From: an uncultured Lachnospiraceae bacterium
GTDB taxonomy: Bacteria > Bacillota > Clostridia > Lachnospirales > Lachnospiraceae
NCBI GenBank assembly: GCA_910579615.1
Contig: CAJTUA010000005.1
Span: 132,135-196,134 of the forward strand
DNA: 64,000 bases
Direction: 5' to 3'
This document shows, piece after piece, positions 45,562-53,664 of the stretch. The first letter of the stretch is position 1; each line of letters opens with the position of its first letter. A program made the position numbers and the translations under genes. Under the pieces are notes generated by a model that was not told where the DNA came from, did not search any database, and was given only the letters and a program-made list of their open reading frames with translations.

Positions 45562-48237
45562 ATGACAAGACAGGAATTTAGGGAATTGGTTTCAAAAAAA
45601 CGCATCATCCTTGACGGGGCAACGGGCAGCTGCCTGTTTTCGGCAGGGATGCCGCGCGGTGTCTGCCCGGAGCAGTGGATATTGGAAAATCCCAAAGTGC
45701 TCATCCGGCTGCAGGAGGATTACCTTATGGCAGGCACGGATATTTTATACGCGCCAACATTTTCCGGCAACCGCATAAAACTGGAAGAATACGGGCTTGC
45801 TGCGCACGCGCAAAAAATGAACCGGGAGCTGGTCGCACTCTCAAGGGAAGCCATCCGCCGCGCCGGGCGGGAGAACGATGCCTTTGTGGCAGCAGACCTT
45901 ACCATGACCGGAAGGCAGCTTACCCCGGTCGGAACAATGGATTTTGAAGAGCTCGTAGAGGTGTATAAGGAACAGGCGCGCTATTGTGTGGAGGCGGGGG
46001 CAGACCTCTTTGTCGTGGAGACGATGATGAGCCTGCCAGAATGCCGCGCCGCGCTGCTTGCCATCAAGGAAACCTGCGACCTTCCGGTGATGGTAACGCT
46101 CACCTTCCGCGAGGACGGTCGAACCTTTAACGGGAATTCCCCGGAAACGGCTGCAGTTATCCTTGGGAAAATGGGCGCGGATGCGGTCGGCATGAACTGC
46201 TCGACAGGACCGGATAAGCTCCTGCCGTTTGTAAAGCGCATGGCGGCAGTTTCTGATGTGCCCGTGGTGGTAAAGCCAAATGCCGGGCTTCCGGTGCTAA
46301 AGGACGGGGAAACCGTCTACGATATGGGGGCGGCAGAATTTGCGGAGCATATGAAAGCAGTGCTTGGTGCGGGCGCTGCAATTGTAGGCGGCTGCTGCGG
46401 CACGACACCGGAGTACATTAAGCGATTGTCGGAAGCGGCGGCAGAATTTGCGCCGGCAGCTTGCACAGACAAGCATCTTCGGGTGCTTGCGACGGAGCGC
46501 AGCATATTGAACATTGATTTGGACGGGAAATTCCTCGTGATTGGCGAGCGCATCAACCCGACCGGGAAAAAGGCGCTGCAGGCAGAACTTCGTGAGGGCA
46601 GCTTTGATATGGTTGAGGAGATGGCGCAGGCGCAGGTGGAGGACGGTGCGGATATCCTTGACATCAATATGGGAATGAACGGCATTGACGAAAAGGCGAT
46701 GATGCTTGCCGCCATCGAGACCGTTTCGGGGCTTGTGGATGTGCCGCTGTGCATTGATTCAAGCCATCCGGAAATTATCGAGGCGGCGCTGCGGCGCTAT
46801 CCGGGGCGCGCGCTCATCAATTCGATTTCGCTTGAGGCGGGGAAGATGGAAAAACTTCTTCCGGCGGCGAAAAAATACGGCGCGATGTTCATCCTCCTTC
46901 CGCTTTCGCAGACAGGTCTGCCAAAGGATATGGAGGAGAAAAAGCAGATTATCCGCACGATTCTTGCCGAGGCGGAGAAATGTGGGCTGGCGAGGGAGGA
47001 TATTTTCGTGGATGGCCTGGTCAATACGGTCGGCGCGAACCGTGACGCGGCACTTGCCGCGGCGGAGACAATCCGGTACTGCAAGGAAGAACTTGGCGTG
47101 GCGACCATGTGCGGGCTGTCCAATATTTCCTTTGGCCTGCCGGAGCGGCAGTTTGTCAATGCGGCGTTTTTAGCGTTTGCGATTCAGGCAGGGATTACGG
47201 CGGCAATCGTGAACCCGGCGCAAAGGCTGTTAATGAATATGGCGGCGGCATCCGATTTGTTATGCGGCAGGGAGGAGGCGGATATCCGCTATATTGACCG
47301 GGTAACGGGAAAGCCGATGACGCTTGTGGAGACGGCGTATTTGGAGGAACTAAAGGAAAAAGCTGCCGGGAGCGCGGTAACAAGCAAAGGAAGGACAGAT
47401 GCGGGGAACGGGAGCAGAGCAGTCGGTGGGGCAGGGAATGTTACAGGGAATGGGAACGGAGAAGCCGGTGGGGCAGGGAATGTTGCAGGAAATGGAAGCA
47501 GCGGGAGCGGTGAAAATGGAACCGTTGCAGGAAATGCAGGAACCGCCGGAGCGGGGAATACCGCCGGAAGTGGGGGGAAAGCCACAGGTGGAAATGCGGC
47601 AGTGGATGGCGCCGCCCAAAAGATTTATGAGGCGGTGCTCAAAGGCAACCGCAAGGGGATTGTGGCGCTGACAAAGGACGGGCTTGCCGCAGGGCATTTG
47701 CCGCAGGATATTTTAAATGGCCAGCTCATTCCCGCCATCAACGAGGTCGGCGAGCTGTTCAACTGCCAGAAATATTTCCTGCCACAGCTGATTGCTTCGG
47801 CGGAGGCAATGAAAACGGCGGTGGAATATCTGGAACCATTGCTTTCCTCGGATGCACAGATGGAAAAACTCGGCGTGGTCGTTATCGCAACGGTTGCGGG
47901 CGATATCCACGATATCGGAAAAAACCTCGTTGCCCTGATGCTAAAAAATTACGGCTTTGACGTACATGACCTCGGCAAGGATGTGGCGACCACGGACATC
48001 ATCCGCGCGGCGAAGGAGACGGATGCGGACATCATCGCAGTCTCGGCGCTTATGACGACAACGATGCTTGAGATGAAGGAGATTGTAAAGCAGCGCAATG
48101 AGGCAGGGCTGCGCGCAAAGGTTATGATTGGCGGCGCGGTGATTACGCAAAGTTATTGCGATGAAATCCATGCGGACGGATATTCGAAGGACGCGCAGGA
48201 AGCCGTAGCAGTGGCGAGGCGACTGGTTGGGAAATAA
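45562..48237 (+). CDS. metH: Cobalamin-dependent methionine synthase (Hcy-, pterin- and B12-binding modules, no AdoMet reactivation domain) with a Gly/Asn-rich insertion
   Basis: LDGATGS, GMNCS and GGCCGTTPE (Hcy domain); pterin-binding INPTG..., DINMG; B12 motif GDIHDIGKN...SALMTTT. Confidence 0.9.
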   Translation: MTRQEFRELVSKKRIILDGATGSCLFSAGMPRGVCPEQWILENPKVLIRLQEDYLMAGTDILYAPTFSGNRIKLEEYGLAAHAQKMNRELVALSREAIRRAGRENDAFVAADLTMTGRQLTPVGTMDFEELVEVYKEQARYCVEAGADLFVVETMMSLPECRAALLAIKETCDLPVMVTLTFREDGRTFNGNSPETAAVILGKMGADAVGMNCSTGPDKLLPFVKRMAAVSDVPVVVKPNAGLPVLKDGETVYDMGAAEFAEHMKAVLGAGAAIVGGCCGTTPEYIKRLSEAAAEFAPAACTDKHLRVLATERSILNIDLDGKFLVIGERINPTGKKALQAELREGSFDMVEEMAQAQVEDGADILDINMGMNGIDEKAMMLAAIETVSGLVDVPLCIDSSHPEIIEAALRRYPGRALINSISLEAGKMEKLLPAAKKYGAMFILLPLSQTGLPKDMEEKKQIIRTILAEAEKCGLAREDIFVDGLVNTVGANRDAALAAAETIRYCKEELGVATMCGLSNISFGLPERQFVNAAFLAFAIQAGITAAIVNPAQRLLMNMAAASDLLCGREEADIRYIDRVTGKPMTLVETAYLEELKEKAAGSAVTSKGRTDAGNGSRAVGGAGNVTGNGNGEAGGAGNVAGNGSSGSGENGTVAGNAGTAGAGNTAGSGGKATGGNAAVDGAAQKIYEAVLKGNRKGIVALTKDGLAAGHLPQDILNGQLIPAINEVGELFNCQKYFLPQLIASAEAMKTAVEYLEPLLSSDAQMEKLGVVVIATVAGDIHDIGKNLVALMLKNYGFDVHDLGKDVATTDIIRAAKETDADIIAVSALMTTTMLEMKEIVKQRNEAGLRAKVMIGGAVITQSYCDEIHADGYSKDAQEAVAVARRLVGK

Positions 48238-48248
48238 TGGGATGAAAG

Positions 48249-48291
48249 AACCGGGAAGGAATCTGTGTGCGGATTTCTTCCCGGTTTTTTT
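48249..48291 (+). terminator. Rho-independent terminator after metH
   Basis: AACCGGGAAGGAATC...GGATTTCTTCCCGGTT followed by T7. Confidence 0.75.
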
Positions 48292-48391
48292 GTGATGCGA
48301 TTTTTTTGCTTTTGGATAGGATAGATATGTTATAAAATCTACTGATTTATAGAAAAAAGCTGGGAAAATAAACGAATAATACCAAAAAAAC

Positions 48392-48420
48392 TTGATATCG
48401 TGCCTGCGTTATGTTATAAT
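48392..48420 (+). promoter_or_regulatory. Promoter of the duplicated HTH-TPR regulator gene
   Basis: TTGATA (48392-48397), 17-nt spacer, TATAAT (48415-48420). The dyad ATGTTAT-N7-ATAACAT (48411-48431) overlaps the -10. Confidence 0.6.
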
Positions 48421-48559
48421 TGTAATAACATAGTACAGAAAATGATTTGGTATATTTTGCAATGAGAGGTAGAAAGAAGGATATATTGGCGGGAACGGGA
48501 GAAACGGAATTTATTGAAAACAAGGTTCGGATAAGAAACCATAACAGGAAGGATTCTAT

Positions 48560-50425
48560 ATGGGAAAGACACAGGAGCAGAACAGGCAGACGGGAATATT
48601 TGGACAGTTAATTCGCAACATCCGGGAATTGCAGGGAATCAGCCCGGAGGAACTTGCAAGGGGAATCTGCAGCACAAAAGCGTTGGAAAAATATGAAACG
48701 GGGGAGCGGGAACCAGACATATTGACAGCGGAAGCATTATTCGGGCGGCTAAAGAAATCAATGGAAAAATTTGAAGCGATGTTAAGCTGCACGGAACATA
48801 AGCAGCTAAAACAGCGCATGGGAATCCAGCTATTGCTGCGGGAGGGAAAGCTCGCGGAAGCGGAAAAGAAAATTGAAGATTATGCAAAAATAAACCTTGC
48901 ATTGCATTATCAGTATGCATGTTTTCTGAGGGCAGAATTCCTGCGGAAAACGCACGCGTCGTTAAAAGAGCAGATTTGCAATGTGGTGGATGGGATATAC
49001 CAGACATCAGAGGCCCGAAAGGAAAATACCATCCGGAAGGTGACGGCGGAAGAAATGGCAGGGAATGCCCTGAAACCGGAAATGCTGCTAACAGGACGTT
49101 ATTCAAAAATGGAACTGTACTTATTGGAGCGCTATGCGATTTTGTTGGAGGAAAATGGGGAACCGGAGCGGGCAGTCCTCTGGTATCAGGCAATCGTGGA
49201 TTATTTAGAGGATGAGAGATATGATCGTTCCGAACAGTACAGCATTTATCCGATTATGGCTTATAAATTGGCAGGATATTACGAAACACAATGTCTGTAT
49301 ACCATAGCGATGGAGTGGATTGGGCGCGGCTGTGAGATGTTGAGGAAGAGAAAGAGCCAGCTTCCCCTGTTTTGTAAGCTGATGGAGCTGAAATTTAAGA
49401 TAGAGGATTGTCCGGGGGCAGGGAGAAATCCTGATTTCGCGGAGAGGGAGGCATACCGGAAGATGTGTGACAGCGTGGCAGGCTGTACAGAGGATTGGAA
49501 GGAAAACTGGTATCCGATGTACCGTGAGGTACACCGAGTATGTTTTAATGACATTATCCGGGAGCGCAGGATAGCAAAGGGGATGTCAAGAATGGAACTG
49601 GCATACGGAATCTGTGATGTGCGGACACTGGAACGTATGGAAGCCTGCCAGAATACGCCGAGGGCATGGATAAGGGAAAGGCTTTTGGAAAAGCTAGGGC
49701 TGCCATTGGAAAAATATAATGGCGGTATCGTGACAAAGCAGTATGCGGATTATCGGAGATTTTCACAAATGCGGGAATCTTGCCGGAAAGGTGAATATCA
49801 GGAAGCAAAATCCATATATGAAGAATTAAAAAAGGGAATGGATATGAAAAATATTACGAACGAACAGTGGGCGGAATATTGGGATATCCGGATTGAAGGA
49901 GGATTGGGGCATATTCTGCCAAAAGTGAAAGAGGAACGGCTCTGGGCACTTTTAAGAAAGACAGTACCAATCAAAAGGGATTGTCCGCAGTTTGAGTGTC
50001 AGTTGATGGAGCATGAGAGGAATATTTGGAACCAGATTGCGGAAGGTGGAGCACCAGAAGATGGAAAAATAAGAAAATTTCAGTTAAAGCAGATATGGAT
50101 TTATTATCAGGAGAGGGAAAAGAGGTTGATAGAACCACAGTATTTGGTTCAATTACTTACACTTTTCGGAGACCTCACCAGACGGGAAGGGAAGGCTACC
50201 TTGGCGTTACGATATTTACATATAGCAGAGAAAAAGATGGTACTGATGGATGAATGGCATTTTTGGGAATACATTCTATGTCATAAACAGATAGCAATAA
50301 TAGAAACGGGCACAGAGAAAAATGATTTTCAGTGTGCCAGGCAAGCATATGCAGTGAGTTGTCTCTATGCAAAAAATCCGATGATGTGCGATTATCTTAT
50401 CGAGTGTTTTGAAGAAAACATATGA
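48560..50425 (+). CDS. Tandemly duplicated XRE-HTH + helical-repeat (RNPP/Rgg-like) regulator, 621 aa
   Basis: Two HTH domains (residues ~13-65 and ~328-380), each followed by ~240 aa of TPR-like helical sequence. AGGAAGGA RBS. Confidence 0.75.
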   Translation: MGKTQEQNRQTGIFGQLIRNIRELQGISPEELARGICSTKALEKYETGEREPDILTAEALFGRLKKSMEKFEAMLSCTEHKQLKQRMGIQLLLREGKLAEAEKKIEDYAKINLALHYQYACFLRAEFLRKTHASLKEQICNVVDGIYQTSEARKENTIRKVTAEEMAGNALKPEMLLTGRYSKMELYLLERYAILLEENGEPERAVLWYQAIVDYLEDERYDRSEQYSIYPIMAYKLAGYYETQCLYTIAMEWIGRGCEMLRKRKSQLPLFCKLMELKFKIEDCPGAGRNPDFAEREAYRKMCDSVAGCTEDWKENWYPMYREVHRVCFNDIIRERRIAKGMSRMELAYGICDVRTLERMEACQNTPRAWIRERLLEKLGLPLEKYNGGIVTKQYADYRRFSQMRESCRKGEYQEAKSIYEELKKGMDMKNITNEQWAEYWDIRIEGGLGHILPKVKEERLWALLRKTVPIKRDCPQFECQLMEHERNIWNQIAEGGAPEDGKIRKFQLKQIWIYYQEREKRLIEPQYLVQLLTLFGDLTRREGKATLALRYLHIAEKKMVLMDEWHFWEYILCHKQIAIIETGTEKNDFQCARQAYAVSCLYAKNPMMCDYLIECFEENI

Positions 50426-50443
50426 GTGAGAAAAATAAAAAAC

Positions 50444-50632
50444 TTAATCCTTTTCGATAGGTACCGGTTCGGGAAGTGGTGGAGGCGGAGGAAGTGTTCC
50501 CGGACTTTGAAAAATGATAGAAATACTTGGAGAAAGCAGTTCATCGCTTGGCGGTAGTGGTTTCGCTGCGGAAGAGACGAACAGTGCTGTGACAAGCATA
50601 AGGGTGTAAAATTGCTGAAATAGTTTCTTCAT
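50444..50632 (-). CDS. 62-aa secreted Pro-rich pro-peptide (candidate signalling peptide precursor)
   Basis: ATG at 50632 lies 7 nt after AAAGGAG. Sequence MKKLFQQFYTLMLVTALFVSSAA | KPLPPSDELLSPSISIIFQSPGTLPPPPPLPEPVPIEKD. The upstream 82 codons of the track ORF are not protein-like. Confidence 0.55.
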   Translation of the reverse strand: MKKLFQQFYTLMLVTALFVSSAAKPLPPSDELLSPSISIIFQSPGTLPPPPPLPEPVPIEKD

Positions 50633-50715
50633 AGGTACTCCTTTCTTCTCTTTGCGAGAAAATAATATAATGGATGGGTAACAAATACAGTATATCATAA
50701 AGTTCCCCTGTCCGA

Positions 50716-50755
50716 CCGACAAAAGTGGGGGAAAAATTTCCCCCACTTTTGTCGG
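50716..50755. promoter_or_regulatory. Perfect 16-bp palindrome (candidate operator) centred between divergent promoters
   Basis: CCGACAAAAGTGGGGG-AAAAATTT-CCCCCACTTTTGTCGG. Each arm supplies a TTGTCG -35-like hexamer: 17 nt from TATGAT on the minus strand (peptide gene) and 21 nt from the extended -10 TGCTATAAT (50773-50781) on the plus strand. Confidence 0.5.
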
Positions 50756-50889
50756 AATAATTGGAAAAAGGCTGCTATAATGTGAGTGAACATGTTCAGA
50801 ACACGTAGGTAAATGCCTTACAGGCTTCTTTGGACGCTTGGACGCAGAGAGCTTGTAAGGCAAACTTTCAAAAAACATGGAGGTATGTT

Positions 50890-52107
50890 ATGAAATATTT
50901 GAAGGAAAAGATGTGTATGTTGCTGGTGCTCGCCCTGCTTGTAACCGGTTTGGGCAGCGTTGAGCCGATGGTAGCAAAAGCAGAGGAAACGTGGAAACAA
51001 CAATCGGAGGATGATGTACCAGTGCTAGTCTCAGATTGTTTTGAAGATGTTTTGGGATATGCTGAATACTATTTTTACTATGATAAACCAGACATGCCGC
51101 TTGCTGTCTCAGATAGCGATTTTTCACAGTTGCTAATTTCCAAGTCGGAGATTGTTCTGGAGACAAATACCTGCATTGATTATGTTGATGTCGTAGGTGT
51201 TACAGCCAATGGACAGTATATTAATCTATCGAATGTGGTTGATGTGGTTGCTGAGGATGAAGATATCGCTACATATTGGGATGGCAGGATTTACGGTGTT
51301 GGGGAAGGAACGACAGAAATCCGTCTTCGTTATGGTTCGTTGGAAGTAGGGGTTTCGGTAACAGTGAAATCAAATTTTGATTTTGAGGCAATGGTTCAAG
51401 CGATGATTTCTGGGGAAGAAGGGATTTCCTCATATTCTGTTCCAGGACCAGAAATGCAGGACGTGATGACCCGGGCATTTGAAATGGATACGGTGGAATG
51501 GGTGACAAAACAGGAATTCATACTGAATGATGGAACGGAGGTTGCTCTGGGTACGACTTTGCAGGGATTGCCGTATACACAGGAAAACCGCTGTACAGTC
51601 AAAGAATTTGAAACGTTTCACAAAAACTGGGAAAGCAATAAGTTCTATTCGTTTGAACGTCAGGAAAATGGTCATTATTGGTGTAAATATGGAATTGATT
51701 GCAGTGGATTTATTTGTGCAGCATGGAATCTTCCAGTGAGTGGAAAGTATACATATGGCACATCTGATTTTTGGCGAGAAATAAAAGATGAGAATTCCAC
51801 TAAATTTGAGAAGGTTGGGGATTATAAAATTGCGGCAAATGCTACAACAACCAGCGGGGGAGTGCAGCAGCATGAAATATATGCATCTTATCAATACCTA
51901 AATGTTGGTGATGCAGTTGTTCAGAGGAGGAGTGGTGGTGGGCATGCCCGTCTGGTTATGACAAATAATCGTAATACGGAAATGATATCGTTTTATGAAG
52001 CGTATGGAAATTTTCCTACGATAATAACCGTTAGTTATGACCGACTGACTTATGATTATTATTGCCCATTCACAATTAAGACAGATTTTTATAATCAGTA
52101 TAATTAA
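50890..52107 (+). CDS. Secreted Big_2 + NlpC/P60-like (papain-fold) cell-wall hydrolase candidate, 405 aa
   Basis: Signal peptide MKYLKEKMCMLLVLALLVTGLGSVEPMVAKA, an Ig-like block (GVGEGTTEIRLRYGSLEVGVSVTV) and catalytic-type motifs GIDCSGFICAAW and GGGHARLV. GGAGG RBS before the ATG at 50890. Confidence 0.75.
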   Translation: MKYLKEKMCMLLVLALLVTGLGSVEPMVAKAEETWKQQSEDDVPVLVSDCFEDVLGYAEYYFYYDKPDMPLAVSDSDFSQLLISKSEIVLETNTCIDYVDVVGVTANGQYINLSNVVDVVAEDEDIATYWDGRIYGVGEGTTEIRLRYGSLEVGVSVTVKSNFDFEAMVQAMISGEEGISSYSVPGPEMQDVMTRAFEMDTVEWVTKQEFILNDGTEVALGTTLQGLPYTQENRCTVKEFETFHKNWESNKFYSFERQENGHYWCKYGIDCSGFICAAWNLPVSGKYTYGTSDFWREIKDENSTKFEKVGDYKIAANATTTSGGVQQHEIYASYQYLNVGDAVVQRRSGGGHARLVMTNNRNTEMISFYEAYGNFPTIITVSYDRLTYDYYCPFTIKTDFYNQYN

Positions 52108-52159
52108 AGCTTTATTGTTATAATAATAGTTGCTCATTATGTTGTAATTATGGAGGATT

Positions 52160-52864
52160 ATGAAGCGATATTACATTATATTTATAGCATTACTATTCTG
52201 CCTAAGCCTGCTTTCCTGTGGAAAGCAGACCGGGCAGGTGGTAGGGGATTCCCCGGTTTTGTCGGATGCCCCATCCCCATCCATTGTTATGGAAACATTT
52301 CCAACGGACGTGGTACAGGCGGAGTCACCGACAACCACCCCTGTTCTGACCCCGACAGAAATTCTGTCCTGCACGCCGTCACCCGTGCCATCCCCAATCT
52401 CTCCAGAGCCTACCCTGCCGCCGCTTGACATTACGCTGGTGGATGACGGTCTCCCGTGGGATGAGGAGGCATTGCCGGAAACGGATTATGTATATATTGT
52501 CCGCTTTATCCCTACCGACAGGGATGATTTGCTTGTGGCATATAAGGTGTGCGTGGATGTACAATGGGACATGAACGATTTCTATGACGATCAAAAACGT
52601 CCGAAAAAGCTTTATACATGGTGGCTGCAGGAGGATGCTTTTTGTTTTGTGCGCTGTAATGGGAGCTCTCCGGTCGGATATAATGAAAAAACAACACCGG
52701 ACTATATCGCGCAGGATTTATCCCGTTGGAAGGATGTGGAACCAGGGATGTACAATATTTCCCATGATTTATTCCGCTGGCTGATTAAATGGTATGAGAT
52801 CAATTGGTGGTGTGGTGTGAAGGACGGAGAAATTGTTTATGTACGGCAGCATATAGAAGGATGA
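52160..52864 (+). CDS. Lipoprotein of unknown family (candidate cognate inhibitor/immunity protein)
   Basis: Lipobox LSLLSC, Pro/Ser/Thr linker and a Trp-rich ~150-aa globular C-terminus. Lies 52 nt after the hydrolase gene; GGAGGA RBS. Confidence 0.75.
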   Translation: MKRYYIIFIALLFCLSLLSCGKQTGQVVGDSPVLSDAPSPSIVMETFPTDVVQAESPTTTPVLTPTEILSCTPSPVPSPISPEPTLPPLDITLVDDGLPWDEEALPETDYVYIVRFIPTDRDDLLVAYKVCVDVQWDMNDFYDDQKRPKKLYTWWLQEDAFCFVRCNGSSPVGYNEKTTPDYIAQDLSRWKDVEPGMYNISHDLFRWLIKWYEINWWCGVKDGEIVYVRQHIEG

Positions 52865-52876
52865 TTGAATTAGTCA

Positions 52877-53122
52877 GTGCAAAGACATGATGTTTATGAT
52901 GCTGCGTATCTGTCATTAACTGTAGGAGATGCGATAGTGAATGGTGAACATTGCAGACTGATATCCTCTAATGATACAGCGAGAAAGAAAGTAATTGTTA
53001 ATGAAGCAAGCGGAAATACACCAAGTATACATTCTTATACATATGATGATTTGGCGAATGAAGGATATTTGCTGTTTACTATAACGGAAGGCTACTTTAA
53101 TTCTTTTGACAAGAATAAGTAG
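52877..53122 (+). pseudogene. Orphan 3' fragment of a second NlpC/P60-like paralog
   Basis: From its first codon it aligns with the last ~80 aa of the 405-aa enzyme: VQRHDVYDAAYLSLTVGDAIV..EHCRLI...YTYDDL...LFTI vs VQQHEIYASYQYLNVGDAVV..GHARLV...VSYDRL...PFTI. It lacks the Cys-containing N-terminal part. The frame opens only 1 codon upstream. Confidence 0.65.
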
Positions 53123-53130
53123 AGTTAAGA

Positions 53131-53166
53131 AAAGGGGGATTGCGATTTTTAACGCAATCCCTTTTG
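53131..53166 (+). terminator. Rho-independent terminator after the hydrolase-lipoprotein-fragment unit
   Basis: GGGATTGCG (53136-53144) / CGCAATCCC (53153-53161), flanked by an A-run and TTTT. Confidence 0.7.
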
Positions 53167-53252
53167 GAGAATTTTTAATATTGATATAACGGTTTATTAA
53201 CAAAAAATATATGATTTTAGAAGAATTATTTATGCAGTAAAAGGAGGAAGCC

Positions 53253-53657
53253 ATAAAAAAGAAAAAGATTATTTTATTTTGTGGGGGCATTTTGGTATGT
53301 ATATTAGCATTATCTCTGTTTTTTAGGAACGCAGGGCAGGATGCTTTAGATGCTGCAAACCGAATCACCACATTTTCCTGTTCTGAGACATTGACGCAAA
53401 AGCTTGGCGAAACGGATAGTGAAGCCTTGAAAGAACAATTGGCAGAAATGCTTATCGTGGAGATTTTTGAACAGGAGCAGGAAAGCATTTCCATCAAAAT
53501 TGTTTCGGATTATGCGGAGGCAGCTTTCTGCTTTGGAACGGAGCGGGAGGTTACGGAAAAGGAGTGCGGTATCTTTTTGGAGATTCCGGGATTTGAGTAC
53601 CGGTTTTATGGTGAAGACCATTTGGTGGATTTGGGTAGATGGCTGGGAAAGAGATGA
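53253..53657 (+). CDS. Hypothetical N-terminally anchored protein; start codon unclear (ATA at SD distance, or TTG at 53292)
   Basis: AAGGAGG (53241-53247) lies 5 nt before an in-frame ATA. The encoded (I)KKKKIILFCGGILVCILALSLFF looks like a signal/anchor. The track ORF begins at TTG 53292, inside the hydrophobic segment. Confidence 0.4.
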   Translation: MKKKKIILFCGGILVCILALSLFFRNAGQDALDAANRITTFSCSETLTQKLGETDSEALKEQLAEMLIVEIFEQEQESISIKIVSDYAEAAFCFGTEREVTEKECGIFLEIPGFEYRFYGEDHLVDLGRWLGKR

Positions 53658-53664
53658 TACACTT

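Noticed and set aside
48442-48465. 7-codon ORF (MIWYILQ) in the regulator leader, considered as a possible SHP-like peptide
   Set aside because: It has no Shine-Dalgarno sequence and is far shorter than known SHP precursors. The 62-aa convergent ORF is the better peptide candidate.
50633-50878. N-terminal 82 codons of the 144-aa track ORF upstream of the Pro-rich peptide
   Set aside because: No RBS at 50878. The region contains the palindrome and promoter elements. The strong AAAGGAG sits in front of the internal ATG at 50632.
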